From: Phaeosaccion multiseriatum | Lineage: Eukaryota > Protista > Ochrophyta, other classes | Direction: 5' to 3' | DNA length: 64,000 bases | Assembly (NCBI GenBank): GCA_965112735.1 | Contig: OZ218962.1 | Coordinates: 1,612,001 to 1,676,000, forward strand | Shown here: one piece after another, positions 10,398-25,300 of the stretch | How the letters are laid out: the number at the start of each line of letters is the position of its first letter | How positions within the stretch are numbered: the first letter of the stretch is position 1 | Notes under the pieces: generated by a model | Seen by the model: the letters and a program-made list of their open reading frames with translations, nothing else | Told to the model about the DNA's origin: nothing | Database searches by the model: none | Program-made: the position numbers and the translations under genes

Positions 10398-13300
10398 GGC
10401 CCTTTTGAGCCCAACAAAGGGCCATTTGAGCAGATCGGAGACCCCACTTGGCATCGTTGAGGCAATGCAGTATTCTCACTGGCTCTGTTGTAGTGAGCCA
10501 ATGCCCAGTGCGGTCCTGTTGTGGCCAGCAAGCGCGTGGTTCAGGCTGTGTGTGCCGGCCTTGGGCCCTTTTGAGCCCAACAAAGGGCCATTTGAGCCGA
10601 TCGGAGACCCCACTTGACATCGTTGAGGCAATGCAGTATTCTCACTGGCTCTGTTGTAGTGAGCCAATGCCCAGTGCGGTCCTGTTGTGGCCAGCAAGCG
10701 CGTGGTTCAGGCTGTGTGTGCCCACCAAGGCCTTGCTTGGGCCCTTTTGAGCCCAACAAAGGGCCATTTGAGCCGATCGGAGACCCCACTTGACATCGTT
10801 GAGGCAATGCAGTATTCTCACTGGCTCTGTTGTAGTGAGCCAATGCCCAGTGCTGTCCTGTTGTGGCCAGCAAGCGCGTGGTTCAGGCTGTGTGTGCCCA
10901 CCAAGGCCTTGCTTGGGCCCTTTTGAGCCCAACAAAGGGCCATTTGAGCCGATCGGAGACCCCACTTGACATCGTTGAGGCAATGCAGTATTCTCACTGG
11001 CTCTGTTGTAGTGAGCCAATGCCCAGTGCTGTCCTGTTGTGGCCAGCAAGCGCGTGGTTCAGGCTGTGTGTGCCCACCAAGGCCTTGCTTGGGCCCTTTT
11101 GAGCCCAACAAAGGGCCATTTGAGCAGATCGGAGACCCCACTTGGCATCATTGAGGCAATGCAGTATTTCCACTGGCTCTGTTGTAGTGAGCCAATGCCC
11201 AGTCTGTTATGGCCAGCAAGCGCGTGGTTCAGGCTGTGTGTGCCCACCAAGGCCTTGCTTGGGCCCTTTTGAGCCCAACAAAGGGCCATTTGAGCAGATC
11301 GGAGACCCCACTTGGCATCGTTGAGGCAATGCAGTATTCTCACTGGCTCTGTTGTAGTGAGCCAATGCCCAGTGCGGTCCTGTTGTGGCCAGCAAGCGCG
11401 TGGTTCAGGCTGTGTGTGCCCACCAAGGCCGGCCTTGGGCCCTTTTGAGCCCAACAAAGGGCCATTTGAGCAGATCGGAGACCCCACTTGACATCGTTGA
11501 GGCAATGCAGTATTCTCACTGGCTCTGTTGTAGTGAGCCAATGCCCAGTGCGGTCCTGTTGTGGCCAGCAAGCGCGTGGTTCAGGCTGTGTGTGCCGGCC
11601 TTGGGCCCTTTTGAGCCCAACAAAGGGCCATTTGAGCAGATCGGAGACCCCACTTGGCATCGTTGAGGCAATGCAGTATTCTCACTGGCTCTGTTGTAGT
11701 GAGCCAATGCCCAGTGCGGTCCTGTTGTGGCCAGCAAGCGCGTGGTTCAGGCTGTGTGTGCCGGCCTTGGGCCCTTTCGAGCCCAACAAAGGGCCATTTG
11801 AGCCGATCGGAGACCCCACTTGACATCGTTGAGGCAATGCAGTATTCTCACTGGCTCTGTTGTAGTGAGCCAATGCCCAGTGCGGTCCTGTTGTGGCCAG
11901 CAAGCGCGTGGTTCAGGCTGTGTGTGCCCACCAAGGCCTTGCTTGGGCCCTTTTGAGCCCAACAAAGGGCCATTTGAGCCGATCGGAGACCCCACTTGAC
12001 ATCGTTGAGGCAATGCAGTATTCTCACTGGCTCTGTTGTAGTGAGCCAATGCCCAGTGCTGTCCTGTTGTGGCCAGCAAGCGCGTGGTTCAGGCTGTGTG
12101 TGCCCACCAAGGCCTTGCTTGGGCCCTTTTGAGCCCAACAAAGGGCCATTTGAGCAGATCGGAGACCCCACTTGGCATCATTGAGGCAATGCAGTATTTC
12201 CACTGGCTCTGTTGTAGTGAGCCAATGCCCAGTCTGTTATGGCCAGCAAGCGCGTGGTTCAGGCTGTGTGTGCCCACCAAGGCCTTGCTTGGGCCCTTTT
12301 GAGCCCAACAAAGGGCCATTTGAGCAGATCGGAGACCCCACTTGGCATCGTTGAGGCAATGCAGTATTCTCACTGGCTCTGTTGTAGTGAGCCAATGCCC
12401 AGTGCGGTCCTGTTGTGGCCAGCAAGCGCGTGGTTCAGGCTGTGTGTGCCCACCAAGGCCGGCCTTGGGCCCTTTTGAGCCCAACAAAGGGCCATTTGAG
12501 CAGATCGGAGACCCCACTTGACATCGTTGAGGCAATGCAGTATTCTCACTGGCTCTGTTGTAGTGAGCCAATGCCCAGTGCGGTCCTGTTGTGGCCAGCA
12601 AGCGCGTGGTTCAGGCTGTGTGTGCCGGCCTTGGGCCCTTTTGAGCCCAACAAAGGGCCATTTGAGCAGATCGGAGACCCCACTTGGCATCGTTGAGGCA
12701 ATGCAGTATTCTCACTGGCTCTGTTGTAGTGAGCCAATGCCCAGTGCGGTCCTGTTGTGGCCAGCAAGCGCGTGGTTCAGGCTGTGTGTGCCGGCCTTGG
12801 GCCCTTTCGAGCCCAACAAAGGGCCATTTGAGCCGATCGGAGACCCCACTTGACATCGTTGAGGCAATGCAGTATTCTCACTGGCTCTGTTGTAGTGAGC
12901 CAATGCCCAGTGCGGTCCTGTTGTGGCCAGCAAGCGCGTGGTTCAGGCTGTGTGTGCCCACCAAGGCCTTGCTTGGGCCCTTTTGAGCCCAACAAAGGGC
13001 CATTTGAGCAGATCGGAGACCCCACTTGACATCGTTGAGGCAATGCAGTATTCTCACTGGCTCTGTTGTAGTGAGCCAATGCCCAGTGCTGTCCTGTTGT
13101 GGCCAGCAAGCGCGTGGTTCAGGCTGTGTGTGCCCACCAAGGCCTTGCTTGGGCCCTTTTGAGCCCAACAAAGGGCCATTTGAGCAGATCGGAGACCCCA
13201 CTTGGCATCATTGAGGCAATGCAGTATTTCCACTGGCTCTGTTGTAGTGAGCCAATGCCCAGTCTGTTGTGGCCAGCAAGCGCGTGGTTCAGGCTGTGTG

Positions 13301-16300
13301 TGCCCACCAAGGCCTTGCTTGGGCCCTTTTGAGCCCAACAAAGGGCCATTTGAGCAGATCGGAGACCCCACTTGGCATCGTTGAGGCAATGCAGTATTCT
13401 CACTGGCTCTGTTGTAGTGAGCCAATGCCCAGTGCGGTCCTGTTGTGGCCAGCAAGCGCGTGGTTCAGGCTGTGTGTGCCCACCAAGGCCGGCCTTGGGC
13501 CCTTTTGAGCCCAACAAAGGGCCATTTGAGCAGATCGGAGACCCCACTTGACATCGTTGAGGCAATGCAGTATTCTCACTGGCTCTGTTGTAGTGAGCCA
13601 ATGCCCAGTGCGGTCCTGTTGTGGCCAGCAAGCGCGTGGTTCAGGCTGTGTGTGCCGGCCTTGGGCCCTTTTGAGCCCAACAAAGGGCCATTTGAGCAGA
13701 TCGGAGACCCCACTTGGCATCGTTGAGGCAATGCAGTATTCTCACTGGCTCTGTTGTAGTGAGCCAATGCCCAGTGCGGTCCTGTTGTGGCCAGCAAGCG
13801 CGTGGTTCAGGCTGTGTGTGCCGGCCTTGGGCCCTTTCGAGCCCAACAAAGGGCCATTTGAGCCGATCGGAGACCCCACTTGACATCGTTGAGGCAATGC
13901 AGTATTCTCACTGGCTCTGTTGTAGTGAGCCAATGCCCAGTGCGGTCCTGTTGTGGCCAGCAAGCGCGTGGTTCAGGCTGTGTGTGCCCACCAAGGCCTT
14001 GCTTGGGCCCTTTTGAGCCCAACAAAGGGCCATTTGAGCCGATCGGAGACCCCACTTGACATCGTTGAGGCAATGCAGTATTCTCACTGGCTCTGTTGTA
14101 GTGAGCCAATGCCCAGTGCTGTCCTGTTGTGGCCAGCAAGCGCGTGGTTCAGGCTGTGTGTGCCCACCAAGGCCTTGCTTGGGCCCTTTTGAGCCCAACA
14201 AAGGGCCATTTGAGCAGATCGGAGACCCCACTTGGCATCATTGAGGCAATGCAGTATTTCCACTGGCTCTGTTGTAGTGAGCCAATACCCAGTCTGTTGT
14301 GGCCAGCAAGCGCGTGGTTCAGGCTGTGTGTGCCCACCAAGGCCTTGCTTGGGCCCTTTTGAGCCCAACAAAGGGCCATTTGAGCAGATCGGAGACCCCA
14401 CTTGGCATCGTTGAGGCAATGCAGTATTCTCACTGGCTCTGTTGTAGTGAGCCAATGCCCAGTGCGGTCCTGTTGTGGCCAGCAAGCGCGTGGTTCAGGC
14501 TGTGTGTGCCCACCAAGGCCGGCCTTGGGCCCTTTTGAGCCCAACAAAGGGCCATTTGAGCCGATCGGAGACCCCACTTGACATCGTTGAGGCAATGCAG
14601 TATTCTCACTGGCTCTGTTGTAGTGAGCCAATGCCCAGTGCGGTCCTGTTGTGGCCAGCAAGCGCGTGGTTCAGGCTGTGTGTGCCGGCCTTGGGCCCTT
14701 TTGAGCCCAACAAAGGGCCATTTGAGCAGATCGGAGACCCCACTTGGCATCGTTGAGGCAATGCAGTATTCTCACTGGCTCTGTTGTAGTGAGCCAATGC
14801 CCAGTGCGGTCCTGTTGTGGCCAGCAAGCGCGTGGTTCAGGCTGTGTGTGCCGGCCTTGGGCCCTTTTGAGCCCAACAAAGGGCCATTTGAGCCGATCGG
14901 AGACCCCACTTGACATCGTTGAGGCAATGCAGTATTCTCACTGGCTCTGTTGTAGTGAGCCAATGCCCAGTGCGGTCCTGTTGTGGCCAGCAAGCGCGTG
15001 GTTCAGGCTGTGTGTGCCCACCAAGGCCTTGCTTGGGCCCTTTTGAGCCCAACAAAGGGCCATTTGAGCCGATCGGAGACCCCACTTGACATCGTTGAGG
15101 CAATGCAGTATTCTCACTGGCTCTGTTGTAGTGAGCCAATGCCCAGTGCTGTCCTGTTGTGGCCAGCAAGCGCGTGGTTCAGGCTGTGTGTGCCCACCAA
15201 GGCCTTGCTTGGGCCCTTTTGAGCCCAACAAAGGGCCATTTGAGCAGATCGGAGACCCCACTTGGCATCATTGAGGCAATGCAGTATTTCCACTGGCTCT
15301 GTTGTAGTGAGCCAATACCCAGTCTGTTGTGGCCAGCAAGCGCGTGGTTCAGGCTGTGTGTGCCCACCAAGGCCGGCCTTGGGCCCTTTTGAGCCCAACA
15401 AAGGGCCATTTGAGCAGATCGGAGACCCCACTTGGCATCGTTGAGGCAATGCAGTATTCTCACTGGCTCTGTTGTAGTGAGCCAATGCCCAGTGCGGTCC
15501 TGTTGTGGCCAGCAAGCGCGTGGTTCAGGCTGTGTGTGCCCACCAAGGCCGGCCTTGGGCCCTTTTGAGCCCAACAAAGGGCCATTTGAGCAGATCGGAG
15601 ACCCCACTTGACATCGTTGAGGCAATGCAGTATTCTCACTGGCTCTGTTGTAGTGAGCCAATGCCCAGTGCTGTCCTGTTGTGGCCAGCAAGCGCGTGGT
15701 TCAGGCTGTGTGTGCCCACCAAGGCCTTGCTTGGGCCCTTTTGAGCCCAACAAAGGGCCATTTGAGCAGATCGGAGACCCCACTTGGCATCATTGAGGCA
15801 ATGCAGTATTTCCACTGGCTCTGTTGTAGTGAGCCAATACCCAGTCTGTTGTGGCCAGCAAGCGCGTGGTTCAGGCTGTGTGTGCCCACCAAGGCCTTGC
15901 TTGGGCCCTTTTGAGCCCAACAAAGGGCCATTTGAGCAGATCGGAGACCCCACTTGGCATCGTTGAGGCAATGCAGTATTCTCACTGGCTCTGTTGTAGT
16001 GAGCCAATGCCCAGTGCGGTCCTGTTGTGGCCAGCAAGCGCGTGGTTCAGGCTGTGTGTGCCGGCCTTGGGCCCTTTCGAGCCCAACAAAGGGCCATTTG
16101 AGCCGATCGGAGACCCCACTTGACATCGTTGAGGCAATGCAGTATTCTCACTGGCTCTGTTGTAGTGAGCCAATGCCCAGTGCGGTCCTGTTGTGGCCAG
16201 CAAGCGCGTGGTTCAGGCTGTGTGTGCCCACCAAGGCCTTGCTTGGGCCCTTTTGAGCCCAACAAAGGGCCATTTGAGCCGATCGGAGACCCCACTTGAC

Positions 16301-19300
16301 ATCGTTGAGGCAATGCAGTATTCTCACTGGCTCTGTTGTAGTGAGCCAATGCCCAGTGCTGTCCTGTTGTGGCCAGCAAGCGCGTGGTTCAGGCTGTGTG
16401 TGCCCACCAAGGCCTTGCTTGGGCCCTTTTGAGCCCAACAAAGGGCCATTTGAGCAGATCGGAGACCCCACTTGGCATCATTGAGGCAATGCAGTATTTC
16501 CACTGGCTCTGTTGTAGTGAGCCAATACCCAGTCTGTTGTGGCCAGCAAGCGCGTGGTTCAGGCTGTGTGTGCCCACCAAGGCCTTGCTTGGGCCCTTTT
16601 GAGCCCAACAAAGGGCCATTTGAGCAGATCGGAGACCCCACTTGGCATCGTTGAGGCAATGCAGTATTCTCACTGGCTCTGTTGTAGTGAGCCAATGCCC
16701 AGTGCGGTCCTGTTGTGGCCAGCAAGCGCGTGGTTCAGGCTGTGTGTGCCCACCAAGGCCGGCCTTGGGCCCTTTTGAGCCCAACAAAGGGCCATTTGAG
16801 CCGATCGGAGACCCCACTTGACATCGTTGAGGCAATGCAGTATTCTCACTGGCTCTGTTGTAGTGAGCCAATGCCCAGTGCGGTCCTGTTGTGGCCAGCA
16901 AGCGCGTGGTTCAGGCTGTGTGTGCCGGCCTTGGGCCCTTTTGAGCCCAACAAAGGGCCATTTGAGCAGATCGGAGACCCCACTTGGCATCGTTGAGGCA
17001 ATGCAGTATTCTCACTGGCTCTGTTGTAGTGAGCCAATGCCCAGTGCGGTCCTGTTGTGGCCAGCAAGCGCGTGGTTCAGGCTGTGTGTGCCCACCAAGG
17101 CCTTGCTTGGGCCCTTTTGAGCCCAACAAAGGGCCATTTGAGCCGATCGGAGACCCCACTTGACATCGTTGAGGCAATGCAGTATTCTCACTGGCTCTGT
17201 TGTAGTGAGCCAATGCCCAGTGCTGTCCTGTTGTGGCCAGCAAGCGCGTGGTTCAGGCTGTGTGTGCCCACCAAGGCCTTGCTTGGGCCCTTTTGAGCCC
17301 AACAAAGGGCCATTTGAGCAGATCGGAGACCCCACTTGGCATCATTGAGGCAATGCAGTATTTCCACTGGCTCTGTTGTAGTGAGCCAATACCCAGTCTG
17401 TTGTGGCCAGCAAGCGCGTGGTTCAGGCTGTGTGTGCCCACCAAGGCCTTGCTTGGGCCCTTTTGAGCCCAACAAAGGGCCATTTGAGCAGATCGGAGAC
17501 CCCACTTGGCATCATTGAGGCAATGCAGTATTTCCACTGGCTCTGTTGTAGTGAGCCAATACCCAGTCTGTTGTGGCCAGCAAGCGCGTGGTTCAGGCTG
17601 TGTGTGCCCACCAAGGCCTTGCTTGGGCCCTTTTGAGCCCAACAAAGGGCCATTTGAGCAGATCGGAGACCCCACTTGGCATCGTTGAGGCAATGCAGTA
17701 TTCTCACTGGCTCTGTTGTAGTGAGCCAATGCCCAGTGCGGTCCTGTTGTGGCCAGCAAGCGCGTGGTTCAGGCTGTGTGTGCCCACCAAGGCCTTGCTT
17801 GGGCCCTTTTGAGCCCAACAAAGGGCCATTTGAGCAGATCGGAGACCCCACTTGACATCGTTGAGGCAATGCAGTATTCTCACTGGCTCTGTTGTAGTGA
17901 GCCAATGCCCAGTGCTGTCCTGTTGTGGCCAGCAAGCGCGTGGTTCAGGCTGTGTGTGCCCACCAAGGCCTTGCTTGGGCCCTTTTGAGCCCAACAAAGG
18001 GCCATTTGAGCAGATCGGAGACCCCACTTGGCATCATTGAGGCAATGCAGTATTTCCACTGGCTCTGTTGTAGTGAGCCAATACCCAGTCTGTTGTGGCC
18101 AGCAAGCGCGTGGTTCAGGCTGTGTGTGCCCACCAAGGCCTTGCTTGGGCCCTTTTGAGCCCAACAAAGGGCCATTTGAGCAGATCGGAGACCCCACTTG
18201 GCATCGTTGAGGCAATGCAGTATTCTCACTGGCTCTGTTGTAGTGAGCCAATGCCCAGTGCGGTCCTGTTGTGGCCAGCAAGCGCGTGGTTCAGGCTGTG
18301 TGTGCCCACCAAGGCCGGCCTTGGGCCCTTTTGAGCCCAACAAAGGGCCATTTGAGCCGATCGGAGACCCCACTTGACATCGTTGAGGCAATGCAGTATT
18401 CTCACTGGCTCTGTTGTAGTGAGCCAATGCCCAGTGCGGTCCTGTTGTGGCCAGCAAGCGCGTGGTTCAGGCTGTGTGTGCCGGCCTTGGGCCCTTTTGA
18501 GCCCAACAAAGGGCCATTTGAGCAGATCGGAGACCCCACTTGGCATCGTTGAGGCAATGCAGTATTCTCACTGGCTCTGTTGTAGTGAGCCAATGCCCAG
18601 TGCGGTCCTGTTGTGGCCAGCAAGCGCGTGGTTCAGGCTGTGTGTGCCGGCCTTGGGCCCTTTTGAGCCCAACAAAGGGCCATTTGAGCCGATCGGAGAC
18701 CCCACTTGACATCGTTGAGGCAATGCAGTATTCTCACTGGCTCTGTTGTAGTGAGCCAATGCCCAGTGCGGTCCTGTTGTGGCCAGCAAGCGCGTGGTTC
18801 AGGCTGTGTGTGCCCACCAAGGCCTTGCTTGGGCCCTTTTGAGCCCAACAAAGGGCCATTTGAGCCGATCGGAGACCCCACTTGACATCGTTGAGGCAAT
18901 GCAGTATTCTCACTGGCTCTGTTGTAGTGAGCCAATGCCCAGTGCTGTCCTGTTGTGGCCAGCAAGCGCGTGGTTCAGGCTGTGTGTGCCCACCAAGGCC
19001 TTGCTTGGGCCCTTTTGAGCCCAACAAAGGGCCATTTGAGCAGATCGGAGACCCCACTTGGCATCATTGAGGCAATGCAGTATTTCCACTGGCTCTGTTG
19101 TAGTGAGCCAATACCCAGTCTGTTGTGGCCAGCAAGCGCGTGGTTCAGGCTGTGTGTGCCCACCAAGGCCTTGCTTGGGCCCTTTTGAGCCCAACAAAGG
19201 GCCATTTGAGCAGATCGGAGACCCCACTTGGCATCGTTGAGGCAATGCAGTATTCTCACTGGCTCTGTTGTAGTGAGCCAATGCCCAGTGCGGTCCTGTT

Positions 19301-22300
19301 GTGGCCAGCAAGCGCGTGGTTCAGGCTGTGTGTGCCCACCAAGGCCGGCCTTGGGCCCTTTTGAGCCCAACAAAGGGCCATTTGAGCAGATCGGAGACCC
19401 CACTTGACATCGTTGAGGCAATGCAGTATTCTCACTGGCTCTGTTGTAGTGAGCCAATGCCCAGTGCGGTCCTGTTGTGGCCAGCAAGCGCGTGGTTCAG
19501 GCTGTGTGTGCCGGCCTTGGGCCCTTTTGAGCCCAACAAAGGGCCATTTGAGCAGATCGGAGACCCCACTTGGCATCGTTGAGGCAATGCAGTATTCTCA
19601 CTGGCTCTGTTGTAGTGAGCCAATGCCCAGTGCGGTCCTGTTGTGGCCAGCAAGCGCGTGGTTCAGGCTGTGTGTGCCGGCCTTGGGCCCTTTCGAGCCC
19701 AACAAAGGGCCATTTGAGCCGATCGGAGACCCCACTTGACATCGTTGAGGCAATGCAGTATTCTCACTGGCTCTGTTGTAGTGAGCCAATGCCCAGTGCG
19801 GTCCTGTTGTGGCCAGCAAGCGCGTGGTTCAGGCTGTGTGTGCCCACCAAGGCCGGCCTTGGGCCCTTTTGAGCCCAACAAAGGGCCATTTGAGCCGATC
19901 GGAGACCCCACTTGACATCGTTGAGGCAATGCAGTATTCTCACTGGCTCTGTTGTAGTGAGCCAATGCCCAGTGCTGTCCTGTTGTGGCCAGCAAGCGCG
20001 TGGTTCAGGCTGTGTGTGCCCACCAAGGCCTTGCTTGGGCCCTTTTGAGCCCAACAAAGGGCCATTTGAGCAGATCGGAGACCCCACTTGGCATCATTGA
20101 GGCAATGCAGTATTTCCACTGGCTCTGTTGTAGTGAGCCAATACCCAGTCTGTTGTGGCCAGCAAGCGCGTGGTTCAGGCTGTGTGTGCCCACCAAGGCC
20201 TTGCTTGGGCCCTTTTGAGCCCAACAAAGGGCCATTTGAGCAGATCGGAGACCCCACTTGGCATCGTTGAGGCAATGCAGTATTCTCACTGGCTCTGTTG
20301 TAGTGAGCCAATGCCCAGTGCGGTCCTGTTGTGGCCAGCAAGCGCGTGGTTCAGGCTGTGTGTGCCCACCAAGGCCGGCCTTGGGCCCTTTTGAGCCCAA
20401 CAAAGGGCCATTTGAGCAGATCGGAGACCCCACTTGACATCGTTGAGGCAATGCAGTATTCTCACTGGCTCTGTTGTAGTGAGCCAATGCCCAGTGCGGT
20501 CCTGTTGTGGCCAGCAAGCGCGTGGTTCAGGCTGTGTGTGCCGGCCTTGGGCCCTTTTGAGCCCAACAAAGGGCCATTTGAGCAGATCGGAGACCCCACT
20601 TGGCATCGTTGAGGCAATGCAGTATTCTCACTGGCTCTGTTGTAGTGAGCCAATGCCCAGTGCGGTCCTGTTGTGGCCAGCAAGCGCGTGGTTCAGGCTG
20701 TGTGTGCCGGCCTTGGGCCCTTTCGAGCCCAACAAAGGGCCATTTGAGCCGATCGGAGACCCCACTTGACATCGTTGAGGCAATGCAGTATTCTCACTGG
20801 CTCTGTTGTAGTGAGCCAATGCCCAGTGCGGTCCTGTTGTGGCCAGCAAGCGCGTGGTTCAGGCTGTGTGTGCCCACCAAGGCCGGCCTTGGGCCCTTTT
20901 GAGCCCAACAAAGGGCCATTTGAGCCGATCGGAGACCCCACTTGACATCGTTGAGGCAATGCAGTATTCTCACTGGCTCTGTTGTAGTGAGCCAATGCCC
21001 AGTGCTGTCCTGTTGTGGCCAGCAAGCGCGTGGTTCAGGCTGTGTGTGCCCACCAAGGCCTTGCTTGGGCCCTTTTGAGCCCAACAAAGGGCCATTTGAG
21101 CAGATCGGAGACCCCACTTGGCATCATTGAGGCAATGCAGTATTTCCACTGGCTCTGTTGTAGTGAGCCAATACCCAGTCTGTTGTGGCCAGCAAGCGCG
21201 TGGTTCAGGCTGTGTGTGCCCACCAAGGCCTTGCTTGGGCCCTTTTGAGCCCAACAAAGGGCCATTTGAGCAGATCGGAGACCCCACTTGGCATCGTTGA
21301 GGCAATGCAGTATTCTCACTGGCTCTGTTGTAGTGAGCCAATGCCCAGTGCGGTCCTGTTGTGGCCAGCAAGCGCGTGGTTCAGGCTGTGTGTGCCCACC
21401 AAGGCCGGCCTTGGGCCCTTTTGAGCCCAACAAAGGGCCATTTGAGCAGATCGGAGACCCCACTTGACATCGTTGAGGCAATGCAGTATTCTCACTGGCT
21501 CTGTTGTAGTGAGCCAATGCCCAGTGCGGTCCTGTTGTGGCCAGCAAGCGCGTGGTTCAGGCTGTGTGTGCCGGCCTTGGGCCCTTTTGAGCCCAACAAA
21601 GGGCCATTTGAGCAGATCGGAGACCCCACTTGGCATCGTTGAGGCAATGCAGTATTCTCACTGGCTCTGTTGTAGTGAGCCAATGCCCAGTGCGGTCCTG
21701 TTGTGGCCAGCAAGCGCGTGGTTCAGGCTGTGTGTGCCCACCAAGGCCTTGCTTGGGCCCTTTTGAGCCCAACAAAGGGCCATTTGAGCAGATCGGAGAC
21801 CCCACTTGGCATCGTTGAGGCAATGCAGTATTCTCACTGGCTCTGTTGTAGTGAGCCAATGCCCAGTGCGGTCCTGTTGTGGCCAGCAAGCGCGTGGTTC
21901 AGGCTGTGTGTGCCCACCAAGGCCGGCCTTGGGCCCTTTTGAGCCCAACAAAGGGCCATTTGAGCCGATCGGAGACCCCACTTGACATCGTTGAGGCAAT
22001 GCAGTATTCTCACTGGCTCTGTTGTAGTGAGCCAATGCCCAGTGCGGTCCTGTTGTGGCCAGCAAGCGCGTGGTTCAGGCTGTGTGTGCCCACCAAGGCC
22101 GGCCTTGGGCCCTTTTGAGCCCAACAAAGGGCCATTTGAGCCGATCGGAGACCCCACTTGACATCGTTGAGGCAATGCAGTATTTCCACTGGCTCTGTTG
22201 TAGTGAGCCAATGCCCAGTGCGGTCCTGTTGTGGCCAGCAAGCGCGTGGTTCAGGCTATGTGTGCCCACCAAGGCCTTGCTTGGGCCCTTTTGAGCCCAA

Positions 22301-25300
22301 CAACGGGCCATTTGAGCCGATCGGAGACCCCACTTGGCATCGTTGAGGCAATGCAGTATTTCCACTGGCTCTGTTGTAGTGAGCCAATGCCCAGTGCGGT
22401 CCTGTTGTGGCCAGCAAGCGCGTGGTTCAGGCTGTGTGTGCCGGCCTTGGGCCCTTTTGAGCCCAACAAAGGGCCATTTGAGCAGATCGGAGACCCCACT
22501 TGACATCGTTGAGGCAATGCAGTATTCTCACTGGCTCTGTTGTAGTGAGCCAATGCCCAGTGCGGTCCTGTTGTGGCCAGCAAGCGCGTGGTTCAGGCTG
22601 TGTGTGCCGGCCTTGGGCCCTTTCGAGCCCAACAAAGGGCCATTTGAGCCGATCGGAGACCCCACTTGACATCGTTGAGGCAATGCAGTATTCTCACTGG
22701 CTCTGTTGTAGTGAGCCAATGCCCAGTGCGGTCCTGTTGTGGCCAGCAAGCGCGTGGTTCAGGCTGTGTGTGCCCACCAAGGCCGGCCTTGGGCCCTTTT
22801 GAGCCCAACAAAGGGCCATTTGAGCCGATCGGAGACCCCACTTGACATCGTTGAGGCAATGCAGTATTCTCACTGGCTCTGTTGTAGTGAGCCAATGCCC
22901 AGTGCTGTCCTGTTGTGGCCAGCAAGCGCGTGGTTCAGGCTGTGTGTGCCCACCAAGGCCTTGCTTGGGCCCTTTTGAGCCCAACAAAGGGCCATTTGAG
23001 CAGATCGGAGACCCCACTTGGCATCATTGAGGCAATGCAGTATTTCCACTGGCTCTGTTGTAGTGAGCCAATACCCAGTCTGTTGTGGCCAGCAAGCGCG
23101 TGGTTCAGGCTGTGTGTGCCCACCAAGGCCTTGCTTGGGCCCTTTTGAGCCCAACAAAGGGCCATTTGAGCAGATCGGAGACCCCACTTGGCATCGTTGA
23201 GGCAATGCAGTATTCTCACTGGCTCTGTTGTAGTGAGCCAATGCCCAGTGCGGTCCTGTTGTGGCCAGCAAGCGCGTGGTTCAGGCTGTGTGTGCCCACC
23301 AAGGCCGGCCTTGGGCCCTTTTGAGCCCAACAAAGGGCCATTTGAGCAGATCGGAGACCCCACTTGACATCGTTGAGGCAATGCAGTATTCTCACTGGCT
23401 CTGTTGTAGTGAGCCAATGCCCAGTGCGGTCCTGTTGTGGCCAGCAAGCGCGTGGTTCAGGCTGTGTGTGCCGGCCTTGGGCCCTTTTGAGCCCAACAAA
23501 GGGCCATTTGAGCAGATCGGAGACCCCACTTGGCATCGTTGAGGCAATGCAGTATTCTCACTGGCTCTGTTGTAGTGAGCCAATACCCAGTCTGTTGTGG
23601 CCAGCAAGCGCGTGGTTCAGGCTGTGTGTGCCCACCAAGGCCGGCCTTGGGCCCTTTTGAGCCCAACAAAGGGCCATTTGAGCAGATCGGAGACCCCACT
23701 TGGCATCGTTGAGGCAATGCAGTATTCTCACTGGCTCTGTTGTAGTGAGCCAATGCCCAGTGCGGTCCTGTTGTGGCCAGCAAGCGCGTGGTTCAGGCTG
23801 TGTGTGCCCACCAAGGCCGGCCTTGGGCCCTTTTGAGCCCAACAAAGGGCCATTTGAGCCGATCGGAGACCCCACTTGACATCGTTGAGGCAATGCAGTA
23901 TTCTCACTGGCTCTGTTGTAGTGAGCCAATGCCCAGTGCGGTCCTGTTGTGGCCAGCAAGCGCGTGGTTCAGGCTGTGTGTGCCCACCAAGGCCGGCCTT
24001 GGGCCCTTTTGAGCCCAACAAAGGGCCATTTGAGCCGATCGGAGACCCCACTTGACATCGTTGAGGCAATGCAGTATTTCCACTGGCTCTGTTGTAGTGA
24101 GCCAATGCCCAGTGCGGTCCTGTTGTGGCCAGCAAGCGCGTGGTTCAGGCTATGTGTGCCCACCAAGGCCTTGCTTGGGCCCTTTTGAGCCCAACAACGG
24201 GCCATTTGAGCCGATCGGAGACCCCACTTGGCATCGTTGAGGCAATGCAGTATTTCCACTGGCTCTGTTGTAGTGAGCCAATGCCCAGTGCGGTCCTGTT
24301 GTGGCCAGCAAGCGCGTGGTTCAGGCTGTGTGTGCCGGCCTTGGGCCCTTTTGAGCCCAACAAAGGGCCATTTGAGCCGATCGGAGACCCCACTTGACAT
24401 CGTTGAGGCAATGCAGTATTCTCACTGGCTCTGTTGTAGTGAGCCAATGCCCAGTGCTGTCCTGTTGTGGCCAGCAAGCGCGTGGTTCAGGCTGTGTGTG
24501 CCCACCAAGGCCTTGCTTGGGCCCTTTTGAGCCCAACAAAGGGCCATTTGAGCAGATCGGAGACCCCACTTGGCATCATTGAGGCAATGCAGTATTTCCA
24601 CTGGCTCTGTTGTAGTGAGCCAATACCCAGTCTGTTGTGGCCAGCAAGCGCGTGGTTCAGGCTGTGTGTGCCCACCAAGGCCTTGCTTGGGCCCTTTTGA
24701 GCCCAACAAAGGGCCATTTGAGCAGATCGGAGACCCCACTTGGCATCGTTGAGGCAATGCAGTATTCTCACTGGCTCTGTTGTAGTGAGCCAATGCCCAG
24801 TGCGGTCCTGTTGTGGCCAGCAAGCGCGTGGTTCAGGCTGTGTGTGCCCACCAAGGCCGGCCTTGGGCCCTTTTGAGCCCAACAAAGGGCCATTTGAGCC
24901 GATCGGAGACCCCACTTGACATCGTTGAGGCAATGCAGTATTCTCACTGGCTCTGTTGTAGTGAGCCAATGCCCAGTGCGGTCCTGTTGTGGCCAGCAAG
25001 CGCGTGGTTCAGGCTGTGTGTGCCGGCCTTGGGCCCTTTTGAGCCCAACAAAGGGCCATTTGAGCAGATCGGAGACCCCACTTGGCATCGTTGAGGCAAT
25101 GCAGTATTCTCACTGGCTCTGTTGTAGTGAGCCAATGCCCAGTGCGGTCCTGTTGTGGCCAGCAAGCGCGTGGTTCAGGCTGTGTGTGCCTTGCTTGGGC
25201 CCTTTTGAGCCCAACAAAGGGCCATTTGAGCAGATCGGAGACCCCACTTGACATCGTTGAGGCAATGCAGTATTCTCACTGGCTCTGTTGTAGTGAGCCA

